NCBI GenBank assembly: GCA_965656785.1
Contig: CBFHLY010000014.1
Span: 12,619-76,618, forward strand
DNA length: 64,000 bases
From: an uncultured Flavobacteriales bacterium
Lineage (GTDB): Bacteria > Bacteroidota > Bacteroidia > Flavobacteriales_D > Sanyastnellaceae
Direction of reading: 5' to 3'
The notes beneath the pieces were generated by a model, which had not been told where the DNA came from, made no database searches, and was given only the letters and a program-made list of their open reading frames with translations. Of this stretch, positions 18,930 to 28,700 are shown piece after piece; within the stretch, counting starts at the first letter, position 1; each line of letters opens with the position of its first letter. Made by a program: the position numbers and the translations under genes.

Positions 18930-20099
18930 ATGCCCTTTTATCATCGACTTGGGAAGTTCCCACATAAGCGCCACGTGCAATTCCGCAAGCCGGATGGCAC
19001 CTTGTATTACGAGCAGTTGTTCGGGACCATCGGGTTCGCGGGGATGAGTTCGTTGTTGTACCACGTGCACCGTCCGACGATGGTGAAGCGCGTGGAGGCG
19101 AGCGTGGATGTGCGCCCGGTGGCTGCCGTGGACCAAAACCTGATCAGCCGCAAACTCGAGGGCTTCAAAGTGGCCGCGCACCCGGACTTCCTCGGCGGCC
19201 GAACGCCCGTCCTGTTCAACAGCGACGTCACCCTGTCGCTATCCGCCCCGACGGCGAGCATGGCCGAGGACGCGTTCTATAAAAACGCGGACTGCGATGA
19301 AGTGCTGTTCGTCCACGACGGCTCGGGCACGCTCCACACCATGCTCGGCAACATCGCATTCCGCCCCGGCGACTACCTCGTCATTCCGCGCGGGATGATC
19401 TACCGCATCGCCTTCGACGGCCCGGCGAACCGCCTGCTTGTCATCGAAAGCACCTCCCCCGTCTACACGCCCAAGCGCTACCGGAACCACTTCGGCCAGC
19501 TGCTCGAACACAGTCCGTTCTGCGAACGCGATTTCCGCGCCCCGTCCGAACTCGAAACGCACGACGCGCTCGGCGAATTCACCATCCGGATCAAGAAAGA
19601 AGGCTTCCTGCACGACTACGTGTACGCCAGCCACCCTTTCGACGTCATCGGCTGGGACGGCTACCACTTCCCTTACGCCTTCTCCATCCATGACTTCGAA
19701 CCCATCACGGGGCGCGTACACCAACCGCCGCCCGTGCACCAAACCTTCGAGACGGACGGCTTCGTGATTTGTTCCTTCGTGCCCCGTTTGTACGACTACC
19801 ACCCCGAATCCATTCCGGCGCCGTACAACCACTCGAACATCGACAGCGACGAGGTCCTGTACTACGTCGAAGGCGACTTCATGAGCCGCATCGGCATCGA
19901 CCGCGGGTACATCAGCCTGCACCCGGCCGGCATCCCCCACGGCCCGCACCCGGGCACCTACGAAGCCAGCATCGGAAAGAAAGGAACGGAGGAACTCGCT
20001 GTCATGGTCGATACCTTCCGTCCCTTGAAAGTCACCCAGCAAGCACTGGACATCGAACACCCCGATTACCTCACGTCTTGGCTCGAACCCGGCATGTGA
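18930..20099 (+). CDS. hmgA: homogentisate 1,2-dioxygenase
   Basis: 389 aa. The sequence is cupin-type, beginning MPFYHRLGKFPHKRHVQF and running to LYYEQLFGT and SLLYH. It is adjacent to hppD. Confidence 0.88.
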   Translation: MPFYHRLGKFPHKRHVQFRKPDGTLYYEQLFGTIGFAGMSSLLYHVHRPTMVKRVEASVDVRPVAAVDQNLISRKLEGFKVAAHPDFLGGRTPVLFNSDVTLSLSAPTASMAEDAFYKNADCDEVLFVHDGSGTLHTMLGNIAFRPGDYLVIPRGMIYRIAFDGPANRLLVIESTSPVYTPKRYRNHFGQLLEHSPFCERDFRAPSELETHDALGEFTIRIKKEGFLHDYVYASHPFDVIGWDGYHFPYAFSIHDFEPITGRVHQPPPVHQTFETDGFVICSFVPRLYDYHPESIPAPYNHSNIDSDEVLYYVEGDFMSRIGIDRGYISLHPAGIPHGPHPGTYEASIGKKGTEELAVMVDTFRPLKVTQQALDIEHPDYLTSWLEPGM

Positions 20100-20134
20100 T
20101 CGCCCTTACCTTTGAACCCTTAAAACACCGCGAA

Positions 20135-21265
20135 ATGAACGCTTCACCCGAACTCGAAAAAGTCGTCCCGCAAGCGGAGGATTTCCTGCCCTTGCTCGGC
20201 ACCGATCACATTGAACTCTTCTGCGGCAATGCGAAGCAAAGCGCGCATTACTACATGACCGCTTGGGGCTTCCAGCCGGTGGCTTACGCCGGCCTCGAAA
20301 CCGGCATCAAGGACCGCGTATCCTATGTCCTTCGCCAAGATAAAATCACGTTGGTGTTGACCACCTCGTTGGTCCCCGACGGTCCCATCAATGAACACGT
20401 GAACAAGCACGGCGACGGGGTGAAGAACGTGGCGCTTTGGGTCGACGATGCGACGAAGAGCTGGAAGGAAACGACTTCGCGGGGAGCCGTGAGCGTGTTC
20501 GAACCCAAAGTGCTCGAAGACGCGAACGGACGCGTGGTGCTCAGCGCCATCGAAACCTACGGCGAGACCGTGCACGTGTTCGTAGAGCGGAAGGACTACA
20601 CCGGCGAATTCCTCCCGGGCTACCAGCCTTGGAACCCCGCGTTCCGCGCGCCGGAAGTGGGGTTGAAGTTCGTGGACCACATGGTGGGCAACGTGGGCTG
20701 GGGCGAGATGAATACGTGGGTGGACTTTTATGCACGCGTAATGGGGTTTGCCCAGCTCATCTCCTTCGATGACAAAGACATTTCTACGGAATACACGGCG
20801 TTGATGTCGAAGGTGATGTCAAACGGAAACGGCCGCATCAAGTTCCCCATCAACGAACCTGCGGAAGGCCGCAAGAAGTCCCAAATCGAGGAGTACATCG
20901 ACTTCTACCAAGGCGCCGGCGTGCAGCACATCGCCGTGGCGACGGACAACATCATCGAAACGGTGACCGCCTTGCGCGACCGCGGCGTGGAGTTCCTTCA
21001 AGTTCCGGTGACCTATTACGACACCGTCCTGGATCGCGTGGGCACGATCGACGAAGACCTCGAGCCGCTCAAGGAGCTCGGCATCCTGATCGACCGCGAC
21101 GACGAAGGCTACTTGTTGCAGCTCTTCACGAAACCGGTGGTCGACCGGCCGACGATGTTCTTCGAAATCATCCAACGCAAGGGGGCCAAATCCTTCGGCA
21201 AGGGCAACTTCAAGGCGCTCTTCGAAGCCATCGAACGGGAGCAGGAGACCCGCGGAACGCTCTGA
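20135..21265 (+). CDS. hppD: 4-hydroxyphenylpyruvate dioxygenase
   Basis: The start is MNASPELEK (ATG 20135; the ORF track over-extends to 19769). The hallmark C-terminus FFEIIQRKGAKSFGKGNFKALFEAIEREQETRG is present. Confidence 0.92.
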   Translation: MNASPELEKVVPQAEDFLPLLGTDHIELFCGNAKQSAHYYMTAWGFQPVAYAGLETGIKDRVSYVLRQDKITLVLTTSLVPDGPINEHVNKHGDGVKNVALWVDDATKSWKETTSRGAVSVFEPKVLEDANGRVVLSAIETYGETVHVFVERKDYTGEFLPGYQPWNPAFRAPEVGLKFVDHMVGNVGWGEMNTWVDFYARVMGFAQLISFDDKDISTEYTALMSKVMSNGNGRIKFPINEPAEGRKKSQIEEYIDFYQGAGVQHIAVATDNIIETVTALRDRGVEFLQVPVTYYDTVLDRVGTIDEDLEPLKELGILIDRDDEGYLLQLFTKPVVDRPTMFFEIIQRKGAKSFGKGNFKALFEAIEREQETRGTL

Positions 21266-21267
21266 GC

Positions 21268-22848
21268 ATGGCCGGGCGGACGGTGCTGGAAGTGCGCGGG
21301 CTTTCCGTAGCCTTCGGGCAACAACCGCCCGTGACGCACGGCGTGAACCTGACGTTGAAGGCAGGCCAAATCACCGCACTCGTCGGCGAAAGCGGCTCCG
21401 GAAAAAGCGTCACCTCATCGGCCATCATGGGGCTGCTGCCTGCAGGCGGGCGCGTCGTGGAAGGTTCGGTGCGGGAAGGCGGGGTGGACTGGTTGCAAAC
21501 CGGAGCGCCGCTCGGACGCGGGTTGTCCATGGTGTTTCAGGACCCCATGTCGTCCCTGAATCCCTCGATGCGGGTGGCCGACCAAGTCGCCGAATCGCTC
21601 ATTGTGCACGGCGGCTTGGACAGGCGCAGCGCTTGGAAGGAAGCCGTTGCGTTGCTCGAAGCCGTGGAACTGCCTGACTCCGAGCGGTCGGCACGCAAGT
21701 ACCCGCACGAGCTGAGCGGAGGCCAAAAGCAACGCGTCATGCTCGCCCTCGCCCTCGCTTGCAAGCCGCGGGTCCTCATCGCCGACGAGCCCACCACCGC
21801 GCTGGACGTGACGGTGCAGCGTTCCATCCTGGATCTCCTGCGCCGACTGCAGGCCGAGCACGACCTGGCGGTGCTGTTCATAACGCACGATTTGGCGGTC
21901 GTCGCCGACATCGCGCACGACGTGGTGGTGCTGCGCAACGGTGAGGTCGTGGAGACGGGTGCCGTGCGGGACGTCTTCGGGCGGCCGGCGCATCCGTATA
22001 CGCGGAGCCTGTTGGCGGCGCACCGGCGGCAGGTCCGGCACGAGCACGCGGCGACCGGGCCGGTGCTCATCGAATTGGAGGGGGTGGTGAAGGAGTTTGT
22101 GACGGAGCGGGATTTGCTGGGGCGGCCGAAGGCGACGTTTCAGGCGTTGCGCGGCATCGATTTGGAGGTGATGCGGGGGGAGCGATTGGGGGTGGTGGGC
22201 GAGAGCGGGTCGGGGAAGTCGACGTTGGGCCGGGCGATGCTGGGGCTGATGCCGATCGAAGCGGGCCGGATTGCGTTCGATGGGGAGCCGGTCGATGCGG
22301 CGGATCGGGAGGCCATGGCGCGGTTGCGCAAAAGGGGGCAGTTCGTATTTCAAGATCCGTACGCGGCGCTGAACCCGCGGATGAGGGTGGGGGCGGCGTT
22401 GCGGGAAGTGCTGCAGGTGCACGGCCGGCCGGTGGCGGAGGTGGAGCGGCTGTTGGCCGAGGTGGGGCTGGAGGATGACGTCGCCGGGCGATTGCCGGGC
22501 GGGCTGAGCGGCGGGCAGCGGGCGCGCGTTGTGATCGCGCGGGCGCTGGCGGTCGATCCGGAGTTCCTCGTGCTGGACGAATCGGTGGCCGCGCTGGATA
22601 CCGCCATTCGGGAGGCCGTGCTGCAACTGCTCGATCGGTTGGCACGCGAACGGGGGCTCACGTACGTCTTCATCAGCCACGATTTGGAGGTGGTCGCGGC
22701 GTTTTGTGATCGCATCGCCGTCGTGCACAAAGGCCGCATCGTGGAGTTGGGGAAGGCGCAACGCGTGATGACCGAACCCGAGGATGCGTATACTCAGCGG
22801 CTTTTGGCCAGTCAACCGGGCCAAAAACTGCATCAGCATTTTGAATAG
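21268..22848 (+). CDS. tandem-NBD ABC ATPase (Dpp/Opp D-F fusion, YejF-like), no cognate permease nearby
   Basis: 526 aa with two complete nucleotide-binding domains. NBD1 has GESGSGKSVT, LSGGQKQRV, LIADEPTTALD and FITHDL. NBD2 has GESGSGKSTL, LSGGQRARV, LVLDESVAALD and FISHDL. Confidence 0.88.
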   Translation: MAGRTVLEVRGLSVAFGQQPPVTHGVNLTLKAGQITALVGESGSGKSVTSSAIMGLLPAGGRVVEGSVREGGVDWLQTGAPLGRGLSMVFQDPMSSLNPSMRVADQVAESLIVHGGLDRRSAWKEAVALLEAVELPDSERSARKYPHELSGGQKQRVMLALALACKPRVLIADEPTTALDVTVQRSILDLLRRLQAEHDLAVLFITHDLAVVADIAHDVVVLRNGEVVETGAVRDVFGRPAHPYTRSLLAAHRRQVRHEHAATGPVLIELEGVVKEFVTERDLLGRPKATFQALRGIDLEVMRGERLGVVGESGSGKSTLGRAMLGLMPIEAGRIAFDGEPVDAADREAMARLRKRGQFVFQDPYAALNPRMRVGAALREVLQVHGRPVAEVERLLAEVGLEDDVAGRLPGGLSGGQRARVVIARALAVDPEFLVLDESVAALDTAIREAVLQLLDRLARERGLTYVFISHDLEVVAAFCDRIAVVHKGRIVELGKAQRVMTEPEDAYTQRLLASQPGQKLHQHFE

Positions 22849-22931
22849 CACAAAAAACATGAAATGATGCCTGCACCCTTGAACCCATCACCTGAAAAGG
22901 TGTTTATTTAGAGCCATTCTAAACAATCACC

Positions 22932-24671
22932 ATGCCCCCGACGCCTGAACGACCGCGTACCGCGGCCCCCGACGCCGGAACATCCGAGTCCACCCGCCCG
23001 TTGAAGCGCCTGCTTCGCCTTTTGGCGATCGACCGGCGGGACATCCTGTTCGTCTACCTCTATGCCGCGGTCAATGGACTCGTGGCCCTGTCCCTGCCTC
23101 TGGGCATTCAAGCCATCATCGGATTGATTTTGGCCGGAAGGGTGAGCACGAGTTGGATCATCCTCACGATTATTGTCACCGTCGGAGTCGCCTTGAGCGG
23201 TTTACTCCAAGTTGTTCAGCTGAGCATCACGGAAGTCCTGCAGCAGCGGATTTTCACACGATCCGCCTTTGAATTCGCTTACCGCATTCCCCGCTTCAAG
23301 ACGGAGGCCATGCGCGGAATTTACGCGCCCGAGTTGGTGAATCGATTCTTCGACACGCTCAACGTGCAGAAGGGGCTGTCCAAGCTGTTGCTCGACTTTA
23401 CGGCCAGCGGGTTGCAGATTCTGTTCGGCCTGATTTTGCTGTCCTTTTACCATCCCTTCTTCATCTTTTTCGGCGTGTTCCTGGCGGCATTGCTCGGCGC
23501 CATCGTGTATTGGACTGGACCTAAAGGACTGAAAACCAGCTTGAAGGAGAGCAGCGACAAGTACCGGGTGGCGCATTGGCTGCAGGAATTGGCGCGCGGC
23601 TTCAGCACGTTCAAGTTGGCGGGCCAAACCGAGTTGCCGCTCGAACGGACGGACGGGTTGGTGCAATCGTATTTGGGCCACCGCAAACAGCATTTCAAAC
23701 TGCTCATCTTCCAGTACAGCAGCATTGTGGGGTTCAAGGCGCTCATCACCCTCGGCCTGCTGGTCATCGGCGGTTTGCTGGTCATCGACAACGAAATCAC
23801 CATCGGCCAATTCGTCGCCTCCGAAATCATCATCATCCTCATCATGAACTCCGCGGAGAAGCTCATCCTGACGATGGAGCCGATCTACGATGTGCTGACG
23901 GCGGTGGAAAAGATGGGGCACGTAACGGACATTCCGCTCGACCGGGAAGGGTCCGACAACAACGTGAACGCCCCGGACACCGCGGGCTTCAAGGTGCAAC
24001 TCATCGATGTGGCCTTGCCGATGGGCCGGTACGTCAACCGGCCCGTCCTCAGCGGGGTCAACCTCGAACTGCCGGCCGGTTCGCGCGCGGCGGTGGTGGG
24101 ACCGCCGGCGAGCGGAAAAACAGCCCTGCTCCACGTGCTCAGCGGGTTGCTGGAGCCCTCGACCGGGTCGCGCATCCTCAATGGAATTCCTGCGAAAAAC
24201 TGGGACATGCGGGTGCTGCGCAGGCACATCGGCGACTACTTGGCCCAAGAAGTCATTTTCGATGGCACGCTCTCCGACAACCTCACCGTGGGCCGTGCGG
24301 GCATTGACATCGAAGACCTGCGCTGGGCTGCCGAAGCGGTGGGCCTCATGCCCATCATCGAATCGTGGCCCGACGGGTTTTCTACGCGACTCGGATCGGA
24401 CGGCGAAGGGTTGCCCCAAACCTTCGTGCACCGCATTTTCCTCGCTCGGGCCATTGTGGGGCGGCCCCGTTTGCTCGTGCTGGACCCCTTCTTGCGGCCG
24501 TTCGAGGAGGCAGAACGCGAATCGCTCTCGGAATTCTTGACCCGACCTGAACACCCGTGGACCTTGGTCGCTGCGACCGGGGACGCCGCCTTTTTGAAGC
24601 GGTGCACGCACGTCATCCACATGCGCGAAGGCCGCATTGAACGCATTGAACCCCCTCGATCCGATGCTTAA
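22932..24671 (+). CDS. ABC exporter half-transporter (TMD-NBD) with degenerate ATPase motifs
   Basis: 579 aa. Six-helix exporter-type TMD and no N-terminal C39 peptidase. Walker A GPPASGKT is intact. The signature reads LPQTF, Walker B reads LLVLDP (no Glu), and the H-loop position reads ATGD. Confidence 0.85.
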   Translation: MPPTPERPRTAAPDAGTSESTRPLKRLLRLLAIDRRDILFVYLYAAVNGLVALSLPLGIQAIIGLILAGRVSTSWIILTIIVTVGVALSGLLQVVQLSITEVLQQRIFTRSAFEFAYRIPRFKTEAMRGIYAPELVNRFFDTLNVQKGLSKLLLDFTASGLQILFGLILLSFYHPFFIFFGVFLAALLGAIVYWTGPKGLKTSLKESSDKYRVAHWLQELARGFSTFKLAGQTELPLERTDGLVQSYLGHRKQHFKLLIFQYSSIVGFKALITLGLLVIGGLLVIDNEITIGQFVASEIIIILIMNSAEKLILTMEPIYDVLTAVEKMGHVTDIPLDREGSDNNVNAPDTAGFKVQLIDVALPMGRYVNRPVLSGVNLELPAGSRAAVVGPPASGKTALLHVLSGLLEPSTGSRILNGIPAKNWDMRVLRRHIGDYLAQEVIFDGTLSDNLTVGRAGIDIEDLRWAAEAVGLMPIIESWPDGFSTRLGSDGEGLPQTFVHRIFLARAIVGRPRLLVLDPFLRPFEEAERESLSEFLTRPEHPWTLVAATGDAAFLKRCTHVIHMREGRIERIEPPRSDA

Positions 24672-26016
24672 CCTCAGCGACAACTCCATCGACGGGCGGA
24701 TTGATACCCAACCGTACGGCTCATTTGGCCTGTTGAAGAGCCGGTACACGAATGCGTGGCTGCAGCGCTTGCTGGCCATCGGGTTCCTCGTCCTCGTCGC
24801 ATTCGCCTTCCTGCCGTGGACGCAGAACATCCAGAGCACAGGCCAAATCACGATGCTCCGGCCCGACCAGCGTCCGCAAACCGTTCCGAGCGCCATCCCC
24901 GGTCGAATCGAGCAGTGGTACGTCAGCGAAGGCCAATACGTCCAAGCTGGCGACACCTTGGTGCGGCTCTCCGAGGTCAAATCGGAATACACCGACCCCG
25001 AACTCCTCGAGCGCACCCGCGAACAGCTCGCCGCCAAACAAGCCGGCGCGATCGCTTATGACAACAAGGTCACGGCCCTGGCCGCCCAATTCGATGCGAT
25101 TTCCCAAGCCCGGGATTTCAAGCTCGCCGCGGCGGCGAACAAGACCATCCAAGCGCGCCTCAAGGTCACCACCGACAGCGCAGCCATCGTGGCCGCCCAG
25201 CTCGACCTCGAAGTCGCCTTGGCCCAGCTCGAACGCCAGCGCACCCTGTACGAACAGGGATTGAAGTCCCTCGTGGACCTCGAATCGCGGCGCATGAAGG
25301 CGCAATCGGCGGAGGCGAAGATGACCAAGGCGTTCAACGATTTGGACTACAGCCGCAATGCACTCGAAAACGCCCTCATCGAGCAATCGACGTTGGCGAG
25401 CGAATTCGCGGACAAGCTGGCGAAGGTCTCCAGCGAACGGTTCAGCGCCGAATCGGCCGGAGCGGAAGCACGCGGCGAAGTGGCGAAGTTGCGCAATACG
25501 TTGGCGAACTACGAGGCGCGCGCTGGGTTCCGCTACTTGCGCGCTCCCCAGTCGGGTCGGGTGACCCAAGCGCTCTCCATGGGCATCGGGGAAACGGTGA
25601 AAGAGGGCACGCCCATTTTGACGATCGTGCCCGATGAAACCGCCCTTGCCGTGGAATTCTTCGTCGAACCGATGGACCTCCCGCTCATTCATGTGGGCAA
25701 CGAAGTCCGCTTCCTGTTCGATGGCTGGCCCGCCATTGTGTTCTCGGGGTGGCCCGCGGTAACGTACGGAACGTTCCCCGGTGAAATCGTGGCCATCGAC
25801 CCCGTCATCAGCGCCAACGGCAAGTACCGGGTACTCGTTGCCGAGCGCATTGCGCAGCCTTGGCCGGAAGCCTTGCGCGCCGGTGGGGGAGCACGCGGCA
25901 TCGCGCTGCTGGAAACCGTGCCCATTTGGTACGAGGTGTGGCGTCAGCTCAACGGGTTCCCACCCGACTATTACACCGGCAACGACACGGAATCGAGCAA
26001 GTCGAAGAAACCATGA
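24664..26016 (+). CDS. HlyD-family membrane fusion (periplasmic adaptor) protein
   Basis: N-terminal TM (LLAIGFLVLVAFAFL), a lipoyl-like hairpin (VSEGQYVQAGDTLVRLSE) and a long coiled-coil. The first ATG is at 24664, giving an 8-nt overlap with the ABC gene. An alternative TTG start lies at 24637. Confidence 0.85.
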   Translation: MLNLSDNSIDGRIDTQPYGSFGLLKSRYTNAWLQRLLAIGFLVLVAFAFLPWTQNIQSTGQITMLRPDQRPQTVPSAIPGRIEQWYVSEGQYVQAGDTLVRLSEVKSEYTDPELLERTREQLAAKQAGAIAYDNKVTALAAQFDAISQARDFKLAAAANKTIQARLKVTTDSAAIVAAQLDLEVALAQLERQRTLYEQGLKSLVDLESRRMKAQSAEAKMTKAFNDLDYSRNALENALIEQSTLASEFADKLAKVSSERFSAESAGAEARGEVAKLRNTLANYEARAGFRYLRAPQSGRVTQALSMGIGETVKEGTPILTIVPDETALAVEFFVEPMDLPLIHVGNEVRFLFDGWPAIVFSGWPAVTYGTFPGEIVAIDPVISANGKYRVLVAERIAQPWPEALRAGGGARGIALLETVPIWYEVWRQLNGFPPDYYTGNDTESSKSKKP

Positions 26017-27401
26017 AACCGCTCGCCTTCCTGCTGCTTACCCTGTGCTTCACGCGGGCTGCAGGCCAAATCCCCTTCACGGAAAGCGACTTCCTTTCCG
26101 TCGTTTTGGCACATCACCCCGTGGCCCAACAAGCGGACCTCCTCGAAGACGCGGCAGCGGCTTACCTCCAAAAAGCCCGCGGAGCCTTCGACCCCAAGCT
26201 GTTCGCGCAGGACAAATCAAAAACCTACAGCGGCACGTCGTACTACGACTACCGCGGAGCCGGCGTAGCGGCCGAAACGCGCTGGGGCATCGGGCTGGAC
26301 GCGAATTGGAACGCGGCCGAGGGCACCTACCTGAACCCCGAATCGACGCTGCCCGATGAAGGCCTGTGGTCCGTCGGAGCCACCGTGCGCTTGGGGCAAG
26401 GGCTGTTCACGGACGCCCGACGGACCGCCTTGCGGCAGGCCGAAGCCTACGTCTCCCTGAACGCTGCCCAGCGGACCGCCGCACTCAACGACCTGCTCCT
26501 CGACGCCGCCGACTCCTACTGGAAATGGTACAAGGCGCACGAAGCCGCCCAGGTCGCCGACGAAGCACAGCGCCTCGCGGAAGAACGCCTCGAAGGCATC
26601 CGGTCCTCGCTCATCGGTGGGGATCGCGCCGCCATTGACACCGTCGAAGCCCGACTCCGCTGGACCACCCGCCAACTCGAAGCCGCGCAGGCAGCCACCC
26701 TCCTTGCGGAAGCCCGAGCCAAAGCCTCGTCCTGGCTTTGGGGCCCCAACGGCCAACCGCAATTGCTCAGCGAGGCCACCGTTCCGGTCTTTCCCGAAGA
26801 CCCCACAGCCCGAACCGCTTGGGTCCTCACCCACTTGCTCGACGGCGACGTGCGGGCGGCGCGCTGGGATGACCACCCGTTTGCCGAAGCCCTTTCGGCG
26901 AAAACCGAAGCCGCCGAAGCGGAAATCCGCCTTCGCCGGGAACTGCTCAAGCCGCAGTTGGACGCTCGGTTTTTGGCCTTGTCGGAAAGCCCCAATTCCC
27001 TGGACCTGGGCAACGATTTCGCGCTGGAGCTGAAGGCCTCGATGCCGCTGTTCCTGCGCAAGGAGCGCGGGGATCTGGCCCTTGCGCGAATCGAAATGGA
27101 ATCCATTGCGCTCGACCGGTCCGCGAAGGCTTGGAAGTGGGAGACCGAGGCCATCGGGGCAGGCAATGCGTGGGAGGCCTACCTCGCCCAATGGTCGAAC
27201 GCCTTGGAATCCGAATCCTTGGCCGATCAGCTGCTGACGGCCGAAGAAACCAAGTTCGCGGCCGGAGAAAGCTCCCTGTTCCTGCTCAACAGCCGCGAGG
27301 CCAACTGGCTCAAGGCGCGCAAGATGCGGATCGACGCCCAGGTCGAACTCGCGATGGCTTGGCGGCGGATGGGTTGGATTTGGGGCGAGCCGCAGCCGTA
27401 A
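26013..27401 (+). CDS. TolC-family outer membrane efflux protein
   Basis: The start is MKPLAFLLLTLCF (ATG 26013, ATGA overlap with the HlyD stop; the ORF track over-extends to 25860). The coiled-coil/beta-barrel repeat composition is typical of OEP proteins. Confidence 0.8.
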   Translation: MKPLAFLLLTLCFTRAAGQIPFTESDFLSVVLAHHPVAQQADLLEDAAAAYLQKARGAFDPKLFAQDKSKTYSGTSYYDYRGAGVAAETRWGIGLDANWNAAEGTYLNPESTLPDEGLWSVGATVRLGQGLFTDARRTALRQAEAYVSLNAAQRTAALNDLLLDAADSYWKWYKAHEAAQVADEAQRLAEERLEGIRSSLIGGDRAAIDTVEARLRWTTRQLEAAQAATLLAEARAKASSWLWGPNGQPQLLSEATVPVFPEDPTARTAWVLTHLLDGDVRAARWDDHPFAEALSAKTEAAEAEIRLRRELLKPQLDARFLALSESPNSLDLGNDFALELKASMPLFLRKERGDLALARIEMESIALDRSAKAWKWETEAIGAGNAWEAYLAQWSNALESESLADQLLTAEETKFAAGESSLFLLNSREANWLKARKMRIDAQVELAMAWRRMGWIWGEPQP

Positions 27402-27452
27402 GGAGGTGACCGGCGCCGCTCGCCTTAACTTTGTGGCTCGAACTCCCATTCC

Positions 27453-28220
27453 ATGCTCATTCTCAGCGAACTCCACGAGGGACTGCTCGTCCTGACCATC
27501 AACCGCCCCGAAGCCCTCAACGCGCTCAATGGCGAAGTCATCCGCGCCCTGTCGGAAGCCATCCAAGCGGCGTCCACGAACAACGAAGTGCGCGCCCTGA
27601 TCCTCACCGGAAGCGGGGAGAAAGCCTTCGTGGCCGGCGCGGACATCAAGGAATTCGCGGAGTTCAATGCCGAGCAAGGGCGAGCGCTGGCGGCACAGGG
27701 CCAAACCGCCCTGTTCGATTTGGTCGAGCAATGCCCGAAGCCGGTCATCGCTGCCGTCAACGGGTACGCACTCGGGGGCGGACTCGAGCTGGCCATGGCG
27801 GCCCACATCCGGATCGCGTCGGAGAACGCGCTGCTCGGACTTCCGGAAGTTTCCCTCGGCGTGATCCCCGGCTACGGCGGGACGCAGCGTTTGCCGCAGC
27901 TGGTCGGAAAGGGGAAGGCGATGGAGATGATCCTGACCGCGCGCGCCATTCCGGCGAGCGACGCGTTGGCGTGTGGCCTCGTGAATGCGGTGGTCCCTCA
28001 GGCCGAGCTCTTGAATGCCGCGAAGCAGTTGGCAGGCCAAATCATGAAAAACGCCCCGACCGCCCTCTCCGCGGCCTTGAAGTCCGTGCTCGCGGGCTAC
28101 AACCGGGACGGATTCGGTGCGGAAATCGAGCACTTCGGGGCTTGCTTCGAAACCGAGGATTTCCGGGAAGGCACGCAAGCCTTCATCGCCAAGCGCAAAC
28201 CCCAATTCCCCGGGAAATGA
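27453..28220 (+). CDS. enoyl-CoA hydratase (crotonase family)
   Basis: 255 aa with [10 protein letters not shown] and [19 protein letters not shown]. Confidence 0.9.
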   Translation: MLILSELHEGLLVLTINRPEALNALNGEVIRALSEAIQAASTNNEVRALILTGSGEKAFVAGADIKEFAEFNAEQGRALAAQGQTALFDLVEQCPKPVIAAVNGYALGGGLELAMAAHIRIASENALLGLPEVSLGVIPGYGGTQRLPQLVGKGKAMEMILTARAIPASDALACGLVNAVVPQAELLNAAKQLAGQIMKNAPTALSAALKSVLAGYNRDGFGAEIEHFGACFETEDFREGTQAFIAKRKPQFPGK

Positions 28221-28651
28221 CGGTCGCAGTCCGCAACCGCTCCGGCCAAGCCCTCCCCGAGTACGCCACGGCCCTGAGCGCTGGCCTCGATGTCCGCGCC
28301 TGCCTCGAATCGCCCATCACCCTCGCGCCGGGCACGTACCAACTCGTGCCGACGGGGTTGTACGTCGCGTTGCCCGAAGGGACGGAATTGCAGGTTCGGC
28401 CGAGAAGCGGTTTGGCCTTCAAGCACGGCGTGACGGTGCTCAACGCGCCGGGGACGATCGATGCGGATTACCGCGGCGAAATCGGGGTGCTCCTCATCAA
28501 CCACGGGCCGATGCCCTTCCGCATCGAACACGGTGACCGCATCGCCCAACTCGTGCTGGCGCGCTTCGAACGGATCGCGTGGCACGAGGTCGAGGAGCTG
28601 CCTTCCACCGCACGCGGCATCGGCGGCTTCGGCTCGACCGGAACGAACTGA
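28217..28651 (+). CDS. dut: dUTP diphosphatase
   Basis: The start is MTVAVRN (ATG 28217, ATGA overlap). Motifs: [28 protein letters not shown] and [10 protein letters not shown]. The ORF track buries it in a 406-aa over-extension starting at 27431. Confidence 0.93.
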   Translation: MTVAVRNRSGQALPEYATALSAGLDVRACLESPITLAPGTYQLVPTGLYVALPEGTELQVRPRSGLAFKHGVTVLNAPGTIDADYRGEIGVLLINHGPMPFRIEHGDRIAQLVLARFERIAWHEVEELPSTARGIGGFGSTGTN

Positions 28652-28700
28652 ACGCGCGCGCATTCCGTTGTAACTTCACGCCTTCGAACCCACCGTCCGC

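Noticed and set aside
19769-20134. Long N-terminal extensions in the ORF track (also 11953..12123, 25860..26012, 27431..28216, 33463..33537, 54330..54563, 45942..46712)
   Set aside because: In each case the extension overlaps the upstream gene in another frame and has shadow composition. An internal ATG gives the canonical N-terminus of the family (for example MLKILAGSS for Prs, MTVAVRN for Dut, MKYALVGNPNCGKT for FeoB).
22899-22918. Small hairpin CACC-TGAAAA-GGTG followed by TTTATTT between the two ABC genes
   Set aside because: The 4-bp stem is too weak to call a terminator.
23202-25037. 611-aa minus-strand ORF spanning the ABC/HlyD junction
   Set aside because: It is antisense to two genes with clear family signatures. 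It crosses a gene boundary and has shadow-frame composition.
26217-28205. 662-aa minus-strand ORF spanning TolC and enoyl-CoA hydratase
   Set aside because: Same reasoning. It crosses a gene boundary, has no motifs, and the opposite strand is well supported.
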